From: an uncultured Candidatus Rokubacteria bacterium
GTDB taxonomy: Bacteria > Methylomirabilota > Methylomirabilia > Rokubacteriales > CSP1-6
Direction: 5' to 3'
DNA length: 64,000 nucleotides
Assembly: GCA_963771355.1 (NCBI GenBank)
Contig: CAVYTA010000004.1
Location: 96,001 to 160,000 of the forward strand
The translations under genes and the position numbers were made by a program. Within the stretch, counting starts at the first letter, position 1. Each line of letters opens with the position of its first letter. The notes beneath the pieces were generated by a model. That model was not told the origin of the DNA, did no database searches, and saw only the letters and a program-made list of their open reading frames with translations. Positions 9,499 to 18,409 of the stretch are shown one piece after another.

Positions 9499-9857
9499 GC
9501 CCGCGATCAGGAGGAAGGGTCAGCGCGTGGCAGCGGTACCAGCGCATGGCCGACTACGAGGTCGTCTTCCAGGCGCGGGATGACGGGCGCGAGGTCACCG
9601 TGCCCTCGTTTGGGGCTAGCAGACTCGGCGCCCGGGGAACCCATACCGCGGCTCTCGTTCACCCTGGGTGCCTACCCTCTCACGACCGCTAGTCTCCGAA
9701 GGCACTCCAGCTAGCCTCGGCAGCCCAGACTAGGGTATCCGACCACGTCTTGAACTCGATCTGAAACGATCCCGTCTGAAGTGATCATGAGCACCCGGGC
9801 GGCCCGCGTTCTCCGTCGGTCGTGCCGGCGGCGGGCCTGGCCGCGAGGAACGCCGGG

Positions 9858-10454
9858 TCAGCGGGCGGGGTCGCCGGGCGGCAGCACCTCGTTGAAGACC
9901 GGGCGTGTCTTCCACTCGGGAATGGGCGGCGTATGCCCCTCGCAGGGCGCGTACTCCGAGGTTTCGACCTGCTGCATCTTGTGTATGTAGCGCGGGCAAT
10001 TGGGGAAGATGGCCTCCGCGCGCACGCGCACGACGAGCTGCGCCCCCACGAAGTCGGCGAGAAGCGGATCGTTCTCGCGCCACTCCGCGCGGCCGTTCAC
10101 CCGCAGTCGGCTCGGGCGCTCGAAGTCGATGAAGAGCATGCCGACCTGAGGATTCACCACGAGATTGCCCAGGCTCTTGAACATGCCGTTGCCGTCATAG
10201 CTCGGGAAGGCGAGGGTGTGCGGATCCAGCACGCGGACGAAGCCGGGCCGGCCGCCCTTGTACGAGCAGTCCGGCCGGCCCTCGGCATCGGCGGTGGCGA
10301 GGAAGAACATCGGCCGGCTCTCGATGAACTCGCGATCCTTGTCGGTGAAGGCCGTATGCGCCACCACTTCCACCAGGCGGTCGGCGAGTCGGCGGGTGGC
10401 GTAGCGGTCCTGAAGGCCCCGCGAGCCCTCGTGATACATGGGGATGTCGGTCAT
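9858..10454 (-). CDS. Pyridoxamine 5'-phosphate oxidase-like FMN-binding protein
   Basis: FFLATAD..CSYKGG.PGFV, YDGNGM, NCPRYIH; RBS GAGGAGG before ATG 10454. Confidence 0.88.
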   Translation of the reverse strand: MTDIPMYHEGSRGLQDRYATRRLADRLVEVVAHTAFTDKDREFIESRPMFFLATADAEGRPDCSYKGGRPGFVRVLDPHTLAFPSYDGNGMFKSLGNLVVNPQVGMLFIDFERPSRLRVNGRAEWRENDPLLADFVGAQLVVRVRAEAIFPNCPRYIHKMQQVETSEYAPCEGHTPPIPEWKTRPVFNEVLPPGDPAR

Positions 10455-10483
10455 GTCACCCTCCTCGCTCGGTTTGCGGAGGC

Positions 10484-11269
10484 TCAGCCGACGAAGACCC
10501 CGCCCGATGGATGCAGGAGCTCGCCGGTGAAGAACGACGCGTCGTCGGAGGCCAGGAACAGCGCGGTGGCCGCGACCTCTTCCGGTGTCCCGTAGCGGCC
10601 CATGGGCGTGAGCTTCATGGCCCACTCCGAGCGCGCGGCGTCACCGCGCAGCGCCGCCGTCATGGGCGTCTCGATGAAGCCGGGCCCGATGGCGTTGACC
10701 CGGATGCCGTGGGGCGCCAGGTCCTGGGCCAGGCACTTGGTGAGCATCCAGACGCCGGCCTTGCTCACGCTGTAGGCGGCGCCGGACGACGGCATGCGCG
10801 ACATGATGGAGGCAAGATTGATGAGGCTGCCGCCGCGCCGCTTCTGCGCCACCATCCAGCGCGCCACCGCGCGGTTCCCGTGGAGCACGCCCCAGAGATT
10901 GACGTCCAGCACCATACGGAAATCGGCGGTGGGGATGCTCAGCACATTGTGGGGGCGGGCGGAGTCGGGATCGGGGCGCGGGCTGCCGATGCCCGCCGCC
11001 GCCACCAGGATGTCCACGCCGCCGAACGCCTCGACGCAGCGCCGGACCATGGCGTCGTTGGCCGCCTCGTCGGTGGTGTCCACCGCCACCGCGATCGCGC
11101 GCCGGCCGTCGCCGTCGATCTTTCGCGCGGTGTCGGTGGCCGCGGCCAGGTCGCGGTCGGCCACGCAGATCTTGGCGCCTTCCTGGGCGAATCGCACCGC
11201 GCAGGCGCGTCCGATGCCGCTGGCGCCGCCGGTGATGAGCGCGACCTTTTCCGCGAGCCGTCCGGGCAT
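10484..11269 (-). CDS. Short-chain dehydrogenase/reductase
   Basis: TGGASGIG, YSVSK, NAIGPG. Confidence 0.92.
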   Translation of the reverse strand: MPGRLAEKVALITGGASGIGRACAVRFAQEGAKICVADRDLAAATDTARKIDGDGRRAIAVAVDTTDEAANDAMVRRCVEAFGGVDILVAAAGIGSPRPDPDSARPHNVLSIPTADFRMVLDVNLWGVLHGNRAVARWMVAQKRRGGSLINLASIMSRMPSSGAAYSVSKAGVWMLTKCLAQDLAPHGIRVNAIGPGFIETPMTAALRGDAARSEWAMKLTPMGRYGTPEEVAATALFLASDDASFFTGELLHPSGGVFVG

Positions 11270-11296
11270 GAGCGTCTCCTCTGGTGACCTTCGCGC

Positions 11297-12580
11297 CTAG
11301 TGACCTTCGCGGGGGGGCGGGGAGTCTTCGGAACCGCGGCCGCCGGCGCCCCCGACGCCGAGCGCCACCTCCCAGGCCTGCTGGGTGGCGATGTCCTGGG
11401 TCCACGGGCGCATCACGGCGCCGGCCCGCGCGTCGCGCGCGAACCGCTCCAGCGGATAGCGCTTGAGCAGCGCGCGCCCGCCGCAGATCCGGATGGCTTC
11501 CTGGGTGAGGGTGACCACGGAGCGTTGCACGGTGACGTGCGCGGCGCGCGCGCGCTGCACCGCCGCCACCGGCGCGTCGACCTGAGCCTCGGCGATGGCG
11601 TGGTAGTAGAGCGCCCGCGCGGCCTCGAGGGTGAAGAGCATCTCCGCCACCGCCTGCCCCTTGGTGGCGGCCTCGGTCTGGAGGCCCGGCGCCCCGGGGA
11701 TCTTCCCGGTGAGATAGGCCACCGTGAAGTCCCACGAGGCCTGCATGATCCCGAGGAAGGTCGCGGAGAAGGTCAAGGGGGAGAGATGCGGGAAGGCATT
11801 GTACATGGCGCCGAAGAGGCCGGCCGGCAACACATCGCCTTCATCCGGGACGAAAACGTCCTTGAGAACCATGTCCAGGCTGACCGTGCCCCGCATGCCC
11901 ATGGGGTCCCACTCGCCCGGAAAGCTCACCCCGGGCGCGTCCTTCGGCACCTTGAGATAGAGCGTGCGCTCGATCCAGGGCTCGTCGCCAAGCCGGATGG
12001 CCGGCGTGGCGAAGTAGGGCGCGGCGCCCGCGAGAGAGACGAAGAATTTCCGGCCGTTCACCACATAACCGCCGTCCACCTTGCGAGCGGTGGTCCCGAA
12101 GCGCCGCCCGCCCATGGTCAGCGCGGTATCGGTTTGCCCCTGCTCGACCGGCTCACTATGCGGCTGGCCGTAGTAGACGCCGTCCTGCACCACTTCCCGG
12201 AACTTCTCGGCCCGGAGCTTCTCGTGGCGCTCCCGCGTCCGCTCGGGCATGGGCATGGCGTCGGCGATGACCCCCATCATCAGCATGGTCAGGCAGTGCA
12301 TGTTGAAGGTCAGTGAGGTCGAGGCATTGCCCTGGGCAATCTGCTCCGCAACGAGGCAGTAGGTCTCGTAGGACGCCCCGAGCCCGCCGAACCGCTCGGG
12401 CACACAGAGCCCCAGAAGCCCCGCCGCCCGCAAGTCCGCGTAATCATCGAAGGGGAAGGAGGCCTCCCGGTCATGACGGTCGGCGCGGGGCGCGAACCGC
12501 TCCCGGGCGAGGCCCCGGGCGAGCGCGATGAGCTCCTGCTGGCGGGGAGAGGAACGTACGTCCACGCGACCCGATACCAT
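11297..12580 (-). CDS. Acyl-CoA dehydrogenase family flavoprotein
   Basis: G+ FPFDDY, NGRKFFVS, WDPMGMRGT.S, ICGG..LERFARD. Confidence 0.88.
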   Translation of the reverse strand: MVSGRVDVRSSPRQQELIALARGLARERFAPRADRHDREASFPFDDYADLRAAGLLGLCVPERFGGLGASYETYCLVAEQIAQGNASTSLTFNMHCLTMLMMGVIADAMPMPERTRERHEKLRAEKFREVVQDGVYYGQPHSEPVEQGQTDTALTMGGRRFGTTARKVDGGYVVNGRKFFVSLAGAAPYFATPAIRLGDEPWIERTLYLKVPKDAPGVSFPGEWDPMGMRGTVSLDMVLKDVFVPDEGDVLPAGLFGAMYNAFPHLSPLTFSATFLGIMQASWDFTVAYLTGKIPGAPGLQTEAATKGQAVAEMLFTLEAARALYYHAIAEAQVDAPVAAVQRARAAHVTVQRSVVTLTQEAIRICGGRALLKRYPLERFARDARAGAVMRPWTQDIATQQAWEVALGVGGAGGRGSEDSPPPREGH

Positions 12581-12632
12581 CCCGGCCGCGGCCCTGTCAA
12601 GGAAGCGTCGCGGGGAGCACGTCCACTGGGCT

Positions 12633-14234
12633 TCAATCGTCCAGTGAGATCTCTCCGAGACCGATGCGAATGGCCTCCACGTCGAGCTCCCCTTCCAGCC
12701 GGTGCAGGACCTCGTCGCTCACCACGCCCTCGTCGCGGAGCGCAATGAGCGCCCGCCGCTCGGCGGTGAGGGTCTCATGTCGGAGCCGGCGATAGGCGGC
12801 GCGACCGACGGCGTTGCCATCGTCCATCGAGAGTGAGGAGGCGCGCTGAAGCCGCTGGCCGTAGAGAGCCTTGAGGCGCTCGACATCCTCCCGGCGTGAA
12901 GCCGTGTCCCGTGCCAGCTCCTCCAGCCGCGTGAGCGCGGCCCGCGCCGCCGCCTCGCGCGCCCAGGCTTCTTCCAGATCCAGCGTCTCGTCCTCGGCCA
13001 GCCGCAGCCGGCGGATGAGGGGGGTCAAGGTCAGCCCCTGCAGCACCAGCGTCGAGAGAATCACCCCGAAGGTGAAGAGGATGATCTCGTCGCGGAAGGG
13101 GAAGCGCGCGCCGCCCGCGATCGTCACCGGCAGCGCGAGAGCGGCCGCGAGCGAGACGACGCCCCGCATCCCGATCCACGAAACCAGCAGGATATACGGC
13201 CACGGCGGAATGGGATCGCGGCGCCGCAATGCGGGACTCAGGAGTCGTGGGATCACCGTGATGAGAGGGACCCAGACCAGCCGAACCCCGATGGCGGCGG
13301 CGCTGATGAGGGCGCCCTGCCAGAGCAAGGTGCGCGGCGAGCCGGGCAGCCCGGCCTCGCGGATCGCCCCGAGCTGAAGTCCGATGAGGATGAAGATGAG
13401 CCCATTGAGGATGAAGAGGAGCAGATCCCAGACCGCGCGGGCCTGCACGCGGGTGATGGGTGAGATCTGCGCGCTGAAACCCTGCCGGACATAGAGTCCA
13501 CCCGCCACGCAGGCGAGAACCGCGGAGGTGTGAAAGCGCTCGGCCAGGATCCAGGCCACGTAGGGTGCCAGCAGAGTGATCGCAATCTGGGGCAGGCTCT
13601 CGCCGACCAATCGCGCCGCGCGCGCACCGAGAAATCCCACCACGAGGCCGATGATCGTCCCTCCTGCCGCGGCGAGGACGAACTGCCACACGGTATCCGT
13701 GGCCACGAAGACACCCGTCACCGTGGCGGCGATCGCCACGCGATACAGGATCAGGGCCGCAGCGTCGTTGACCAGGCTCTCGCCCTCGAGGATGGTGACG
13801 AGTCGATAGGGGATGCGGAGCTTCCGGGCGATGCTGGTGGCGGCAACGGCGTCGGGTGGTGAGACGATGGCGCCCAGCGCGAAGGCCACCGGCCAGCTCA
13901 TGCCCGGGATGACCGCCCTCGCCACCACCGCCACGGCGGCGGTGGTGACCACGACCAGTCCCACCGCGAGGAGGGTGATAGGACGGAGATTGAGGCGGAA
14001 ATCGCGCAGGGAGGTGAAATACGCCGCCGACCACAGGATGGGCGGCAGGAAGATCAGGAACACGATTTCCGGGTCGAGGGGCACGACGGGTAGCCGGGGG
14101 ACGAAGCTGAGCGCGAGCCCGCCCAGCACGAGGAAGATCGGATCCGGAATCAGGATGCGGCGGGCGAGCGCGGTGCAGACGAGAACCGCGACCAGCAACA
14201 GGACGAGCGTATCGAGAGAGTAAAAGCTCTCCAT
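12633..14234 (-). CDS. Na+/H+ antiporter (CPA1 family)
   Basis: FLPPILW, VSPPDAVA, ILEGESLVNDA, GMRGVVSLAAAL; true start at MESFYS (14234). Confidence 0.92.
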   Translation of the reverse strand: MESFYSLDTLVLLLVAVLVCTALARRILIPDPIFLVLGGLALSFVPRLPVVPLDPEIVFLIFLPPILWSAAYFTSLRDFRLNLRPITLLAVGLVVVTTAAVAVVARAVIPGMSWPVAFALGAIVSPPDAVAATSIARKLRIPYRLVTILEGESLVNDAAALILYRVAIAATVTGVFVATDTVWQFVLAAAGGTIIGLVVGFLGARAARLVGESLPQIAITLLAPYVAWILAERFHTSAVLACVAGGLYVRQGFSAQISPITRVQARAVWDLLLFILNGLIFILIGLQLGAIREAGLPGSPRTLLWQGALISAAAIGVRLVWVPLITVIPRLLSPALRRRDPIPPWPYILLVSWIGMRGVVSLAAALALPVTIAGGARFPFRDEIILFTFGVILSTLVLQGLTLTPLIRRLRLAEDETLDLEEAWAREAAARAALTRLEELARDTASRREDVERLKALYGQRLQRASSLSMDDGNAVGRAAYRRLRHETLTAERRALIALRDEGVVSDEVLHRLEGELDVEAIRIGLGEISLDD

Positions 14235-14540
14235 CGGGCCAGTATAGTGGACCGGAGACCCTTGATCCGCGCGACCACCCGCCGACCCCACCGGCAGCGA
14301 ATCGTTGTAAAGGTCGAAGACGGGTTGAGCAGGACCTACCGAGTCGTTCCTACGCTCCGCATTATCGCTGGCGCCTTCCCGAACGACCTGCCGGGCCGGT
14401 AAAGATCGCCTGGCACGCTCATGCCACGGGTCGCGCCCTTCGTCGGAACTCCGCATGAAATCGAGACTCAAGATGGACGGCATTCGGCTTGCTTGGAATC
14501 GAAGGGAAAGCGGAGCTACGAGTCGACCAGGGAGGCGGCA

Positions 14541-16283
14541 TTGACGGTGGAACGAGTACCGCGCGGCCGCGCCGCGCGTGCGGCCGCGCGACCGACGCCG
14601 GCGATCAGCGATCTCTGGTACAAGAACGCGGTCATCTACTGCCTTTCCGTCGGTACCTTCATGGACGCCAACGGAGACGGAGTCGGGGACTTCCAGGGGC
14701 TCATGCGCCGCCTGGACTACCTCCACGGGCTCGGCGTCACCGCGATCTGGCTCATGCCGTTCCAGACCTCGCCCTGCTGCGACGACGGCTACGATGTGTC
14801 CGACTACTACGGCGTGAATCCCGCGTACGGGACACTGGGCGACTTCGTCGAGTTCACCCACGGCGCCAAGCAGCGGGGGATTCGCGTCATCATCGACCTG
14901 GTGGTCAATCACACCTCCGATCAGCATCCGTGGTTTCAGGAGGCGCGCCGCGATCCCAAGTCCCGGTACCGCGACTGGTACGTCTGGTCCGATAAGAAGC
15001 CGGCCAATGCGAACCAGGGCATGGTCTTTCCCGGCGTGCAGAAGTCGACCTGGTCCTATGACAAGGAAGCGCGCGCCTGGTACTTCCACCGCTTCTACGA
15101 CTTCCAGCCGGATCTCAACACCTCGAACCCGCACGTCCAGGCGGAGATCCTCAAGATCATGGGGTTCTGGATCCAGCTCGGGGTCTCCGGGTTCCGGATG
15201 GACGCGGTGCCGTTCCTGATCGCGACCAAGGGCGGGCGCGTCAAGAAGGCGGTGGCGCAACTCGAGATGCTGCGGTCGCTGCGCGCGTTCCTCCAGTGGC
15301 GGGTCGGCGACTCCATCATCCTGGGCGAGGCGAACGTCTCGCCGGAAACCGGCCTGGACTACTTTGGCAAGGACGGCGACCGGATGCACATGATGTTCAA
15401 CTTCCACGTCAATCAGAACCTGTTCTACGCGCTGGCCGCGTCCGACTGCCGCCCGCTCGTCCGCTCGCTGAAGGCCACGGACTACCGCCCGGAGGCGGCG
15501 CAGTGGGGCCTGTTCCTGCGCAACCACGACGAGCTGGACCTGGGCCGGCTGACCGAGGAGCAGCGCCAGCAGGTGTTCAAGGCCTTCGGCCCCGAGGAGA
15601 GCATGCAGCTCTACGGGCGGGGCATCCGGCGCCGGCTCGCCCCCATGCTCAACGGCGATCGGCGGCTCATCGAGCTGGCCTACAGTCTGCTGTTCACGCT
15701 GCCCGGGACGCCGGTCCTCCGCTATGGCGATGAGATCGGCATGGGCGACGACCTGAAGCTGCCGGAGCGCAACTGCGCGCGCACGCCGATGCAGTGGTCG
15801 GCGGAGCCCCAGGGCGGATTCACCACCGCGGACAAGCCCATCCTGCCCGTGATCAGCGAGGGGCCCTACAGCTATCAGCATGTCAACACCGCGGAGCAAC
15901 GGCGGGACCCGAAGTCCTTGCTCAACTGGACCGAGCGTATCGTCCGCATGCGGAAGGAGATCCCGGAGGTCGGCTGGGGCGAGTTCGAGGTCCTGCCGAT
16001 GCGGAGCCCCGCGGTGCTGGCGCTCCGCTATGACTGGCGCAACAACTCGGTAGTGTTCCTGCACAATCTCTCGGACAGCCCGCGGGAGGTGACGTTCTCC
16101 ACCGGGGTGCGCGGCCCGGAAGGCCGGGTGCTGGTGAATCTGCTCAGCGACAACCACAGCTACGCGGCCAAGGACGGCAAGCATCGCCTGCTCCTCGAGG
16201 CGTACGGGTATCGCTGGTACCGGGTCGGCGGCCTCGACTACTTGCTCAAGCGCAGCGAGATCGAGACGCCCGCGCGGGACTGA
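14541..16283 (+). CDS. GH13 alpha-amylase family, trehalose synthase (TreS)-like
   Basis: WYKNAVIY, DLVVNHTS, GFRMDAV, GEAN, FLRNHDEL, GIRRRLAPML; TTG start after GGAGG. Confidence 0.88.
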   Translation: MTVERVPRGRAARAAARPTPAISDLWYKNAVIYCLSVGTFMDANGDGVGDFQGLMRRLDYLHGLGVTAIWLMPFQTSPCCDDGYDVSDYYGVNPAYGTLGDFVEFTHGAKQRGIRVIIDLVVNHTSDQHPWFQEARRDPKSRYRDWYVWSDKKPANANQGMVFPGVQKSTWSYDKEARAWYFHRFYDFQPDLNTSNPHVQAEILKIMGFWIQLGVSGFRMDAVPFLIATKGGRVKKAVAQLEMLRSLRAFLQWRVGDSIILGEANVSPETGLDYFGKDGDRMHMMFNFHVNQNLFYALAASDCRPLVRSLKATDYRPEAAQWGLFLRNHDELDLGRLTEEQRQQVFKAFGPEESMQLYGRGIRRRLAPMLNGDRRLIELAYSLLFTLPGTPVLRYGDEIGMGDDLKLPERNCARTPMQWSAEPQGGFTTADKPILPVISEGPYSYQHVNTAEQRRDPKSLLNWTERIVRMRKEIPEVGWGEFEVLPMRSPAVLALRYDWRNNSVVFLHNLSDSPREVTFSTGVRGPEGRVLVNLLSDNHSYAAKDGKHRLLLEAYGYRWYRVGGLDYLLKRSEIETPARD

Positions 16284-16302
16284 GCGGCGACCGGCCGTTC
16301 GC

Positions 16303-18156
16303 TCAGCGAGCCGTCTTGCGGGATTTCTTGCGGATCGGCAGCCTCGAAAGCAAGCGGGCGGAACGGCCGAACGCTCTTCGAATGGATTCGTCGCTGACCA
16401 GGCGCGCGCCATCGGCATGATATTCCAGCACGAGCTTCCGGGTGTGAAAGGCCTCGAGCTCGGCGCGATGGCCGACGCTGATGACGGTGGCTTCGGGCAG
16501 CCGCTCCAGGACGAGTCGCATCAGCTGTTCCTGGCTCAGCGGATCGAGCGCGGCGGTGGCCTCATCCATCACGATCGTGTCCGGACGCTGGAGGAGCGCG
16601 CGGGCAAACGCCAGCCGCTGCTTTTCTCCGCCGGAGAGCACGTGTTCCCAGTTCGCGTCTTCATCGAGCCGATCGAGAAAATGACCCAGGCCCACGTCCT
16701 CGACGGTGGCACGGACCACCGCGTCGTCGACCTCCTCGGGCGAGAGCGGATACGTCACCGCCCGGCGTAGCGTCCCCAGCGGCACGTAGGGTCTTTGCGG
16801 CATCAAGAACAGCCCTTCGAACTTGACCAGGATTTCTCCGCGGCCCCACGGCCACAGTCCGGCGATCGCCCGCACCAGCGTGCTCTTGCCCGTGCCGGAT
16901 TCGCCGACGACCAGCACCTTTTCGCCGCGAGCGATCTCGATGTCCGCCTCGTTGACCACCGCGCTTCCGTCGTCCAGCGTTACCGAGACGTCCCGCAGCC
17001 GGAGCGTCCCCGCCTCCGCTTCCTTTCGAACAATTCGGCCGGTCGTTTCCTCCCGCTCGGCACGCTCCAGGCGGTCCAGCGACACCAGGAGCGAGGCCAA
17101 TCGGGACGCCGAGGCGGTCCAATCGGCGAGACGTGGATAGTTCTCGACCAACCAATTGAACGCCACCTGCACGATCATGAACGCGGAGGCGGCTTGCATG
17201 ACTTCACCGAGGGTCATGGTCCCGGCGACGTACTTGGGGGCGCACAGGAGAATGGGAATGATCGGCGCAAGCCCGCTACTGCTCTGGGAGACGAGGGTGG
17301 TGCGGATGTACTGCATCATCAGCTCGTACCAGCGCTGGCGGACCGTCGAGAACGCTCCGTCAAGGCCGGCGCGCTCCTCATTGCCCCCGCCCAGCATCGC
17401 GATGCTCTCGCCGTTTTCCCGGAGGCGCGTGAGCATGTACCGGTAGTCCGCCTCCGCCTGATTCTTGTTCTCGGAGACCGAGACAAAGGCGCGGGCAATC
17501 ATCACCATCGATCCACTGGCCAGCATGGCATAGATGAAGGCGGCGACGACCAGGAAGCCGGGGATCCGGAGCACGGTGCTTCCGAGGGGGAGCGTGAGCT
17601 CCCCGCCGATGAACCAGAGGACGCCGATGAAGACGATCGCTGAACTGACGGCCGAGAAGACGCCGATAAAAAACTCGACGGGGGCATCGACACTCATACG
17701 CAGATCCTCGGCCACGCGATATTCCGGGTTGGTGTGATCGCCCGGCACCAGGTTGAGCTGATAGTAGCGGCCGCCGGTGAGCCAGTGATCGAGCACGTGT
17801 GCGTTCAGCCACTCGCGCCACCGGCGCTGGAGGGTCATTTTCGCAAACGTGGCCGCGGCCGCCACCCCCACGATCGCGGCGATCAGAGGGAAAAAGATGA
17901 GGGCCTGGTGCAGCAGACCGCTGCCATCACGCTTGTCGAGGGCATCGAACGTCACGCGGTGCCAGACGTTCAGCCGATACTGCAGAACGAGATTCACGAG
18001 GGCGATGGCGATGACCATGAACGTCAATAGCCAGGCGGTGCGTCCGCCGCCTTTCCGCCAGAAGCCGAGGGCCGAGTCCCAGAAACGTGCGAGGAGGTAT
18101 TGGCGGCTTTGTTGCTCCTCGTCCGGAACCATCGCGGGCCCTTGATCTCTCGTCAT
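16303..18156 (-). CDS. ABC transporter fused permease/ATPase (YddA/Rv1819c-like)
   Basis: NPEYRVAED, GESGTGKS, LSGGEKQRL, MDEATAALD. Confidence 0.9.
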   Translation of the reverse strand: MTRDQGPAMVPDEEQQSRQYLLARFWDSALGFWRKGGGRTAWLLTFMVIAIALVNLVLQYRLNVWHRVTFDALDKRDGSGLLHQALIFFPLIAAIVGVAAAATFAKMTLQRRWREWLNAHVLDHWLTGGRYYQLNLVPGDHTNPEYRVAEDLRMSVDAPVEFFIGVFSAVSSAIVFIGVLWFIGGELTLPLGSTVLRIPGFLVVAAFIYAMLASGSMVMIARAFVSVSENKNQAEADYRYMLTRLRENGESIAMLGGGNEERAGLDGAFSTVRQRWYELMMQYIRTTLVSQSSSGLAPIIPILLCAPKYVAGTMTLGEVMQAASAFMIVQVAFNWLVENYPRLADWTASASRLASLLVSLDRLERAEREETTGRIVRKEAEAGTLRLRDVSVTLDDGSAVVNEADIEIARGEKVLVVGESGTGKSTLVRAIAGLWPWGRGEILVKFEGLFLMPQRPYVPLGTLRRAVTYPLSPEEVDDAVVRATVEDVGLGHFLDRLDEDANWEHVLSGGEKQRLAFARALLQRPDTIVMDEATAALDPLSQEQLMRLVLERLPEATVISVGHRAELEAFHTRKLVLEYHADGARLVSDESIRRAFGRSARLLSRLPIRKKSRKTAR

Positions 18157-18355
18157 GCCGATGCTCTCGGAGCGTCGACGTCCCGACGGATGCTTCGCCC
18201 CATGCATCCGATGATACTCAATTATGGAAGCTCAATGAACACGCGGTCGGCGTAACTCGCGCGGAGACGACGGCAAACCCGTGCGTCAGCACGGGGCACG
18301 CGGGGAATTCGCGGGACTTCCGGGGCGGTGGCGGCCCCGATCTGCGCTGGATCAG

Positions 18356-18386
18356 CGCGGGGCCACGGGTTGCCCGTGGCCCCGCG
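18356..18386 (-). terminator. Perfect 14-bp hairpin downstream of the secreted protein gene (no U-tract)
   Basis: CGCGGGGCCACGGG-ttg-CCCGTGGCCCCGCG. Confidence 0.5.
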
Positions 18387-18409
18387 TCAAGACGGGGAAC
18401 GCGGATTGC

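Noticed and set aside
14411..14426. TGGCACGCTCATGCC as a sigma54 promoter
   Set aside because: GG-to-GC spacing is one base short of the strict -24/-12 geometry.
14235..16418. N-terminal 730 aa of the 1261-aa minus-strand ORF
   Set aside because: Antisense shadow of the TreS-like gene; only 12633-14234 has antiporter motifs.
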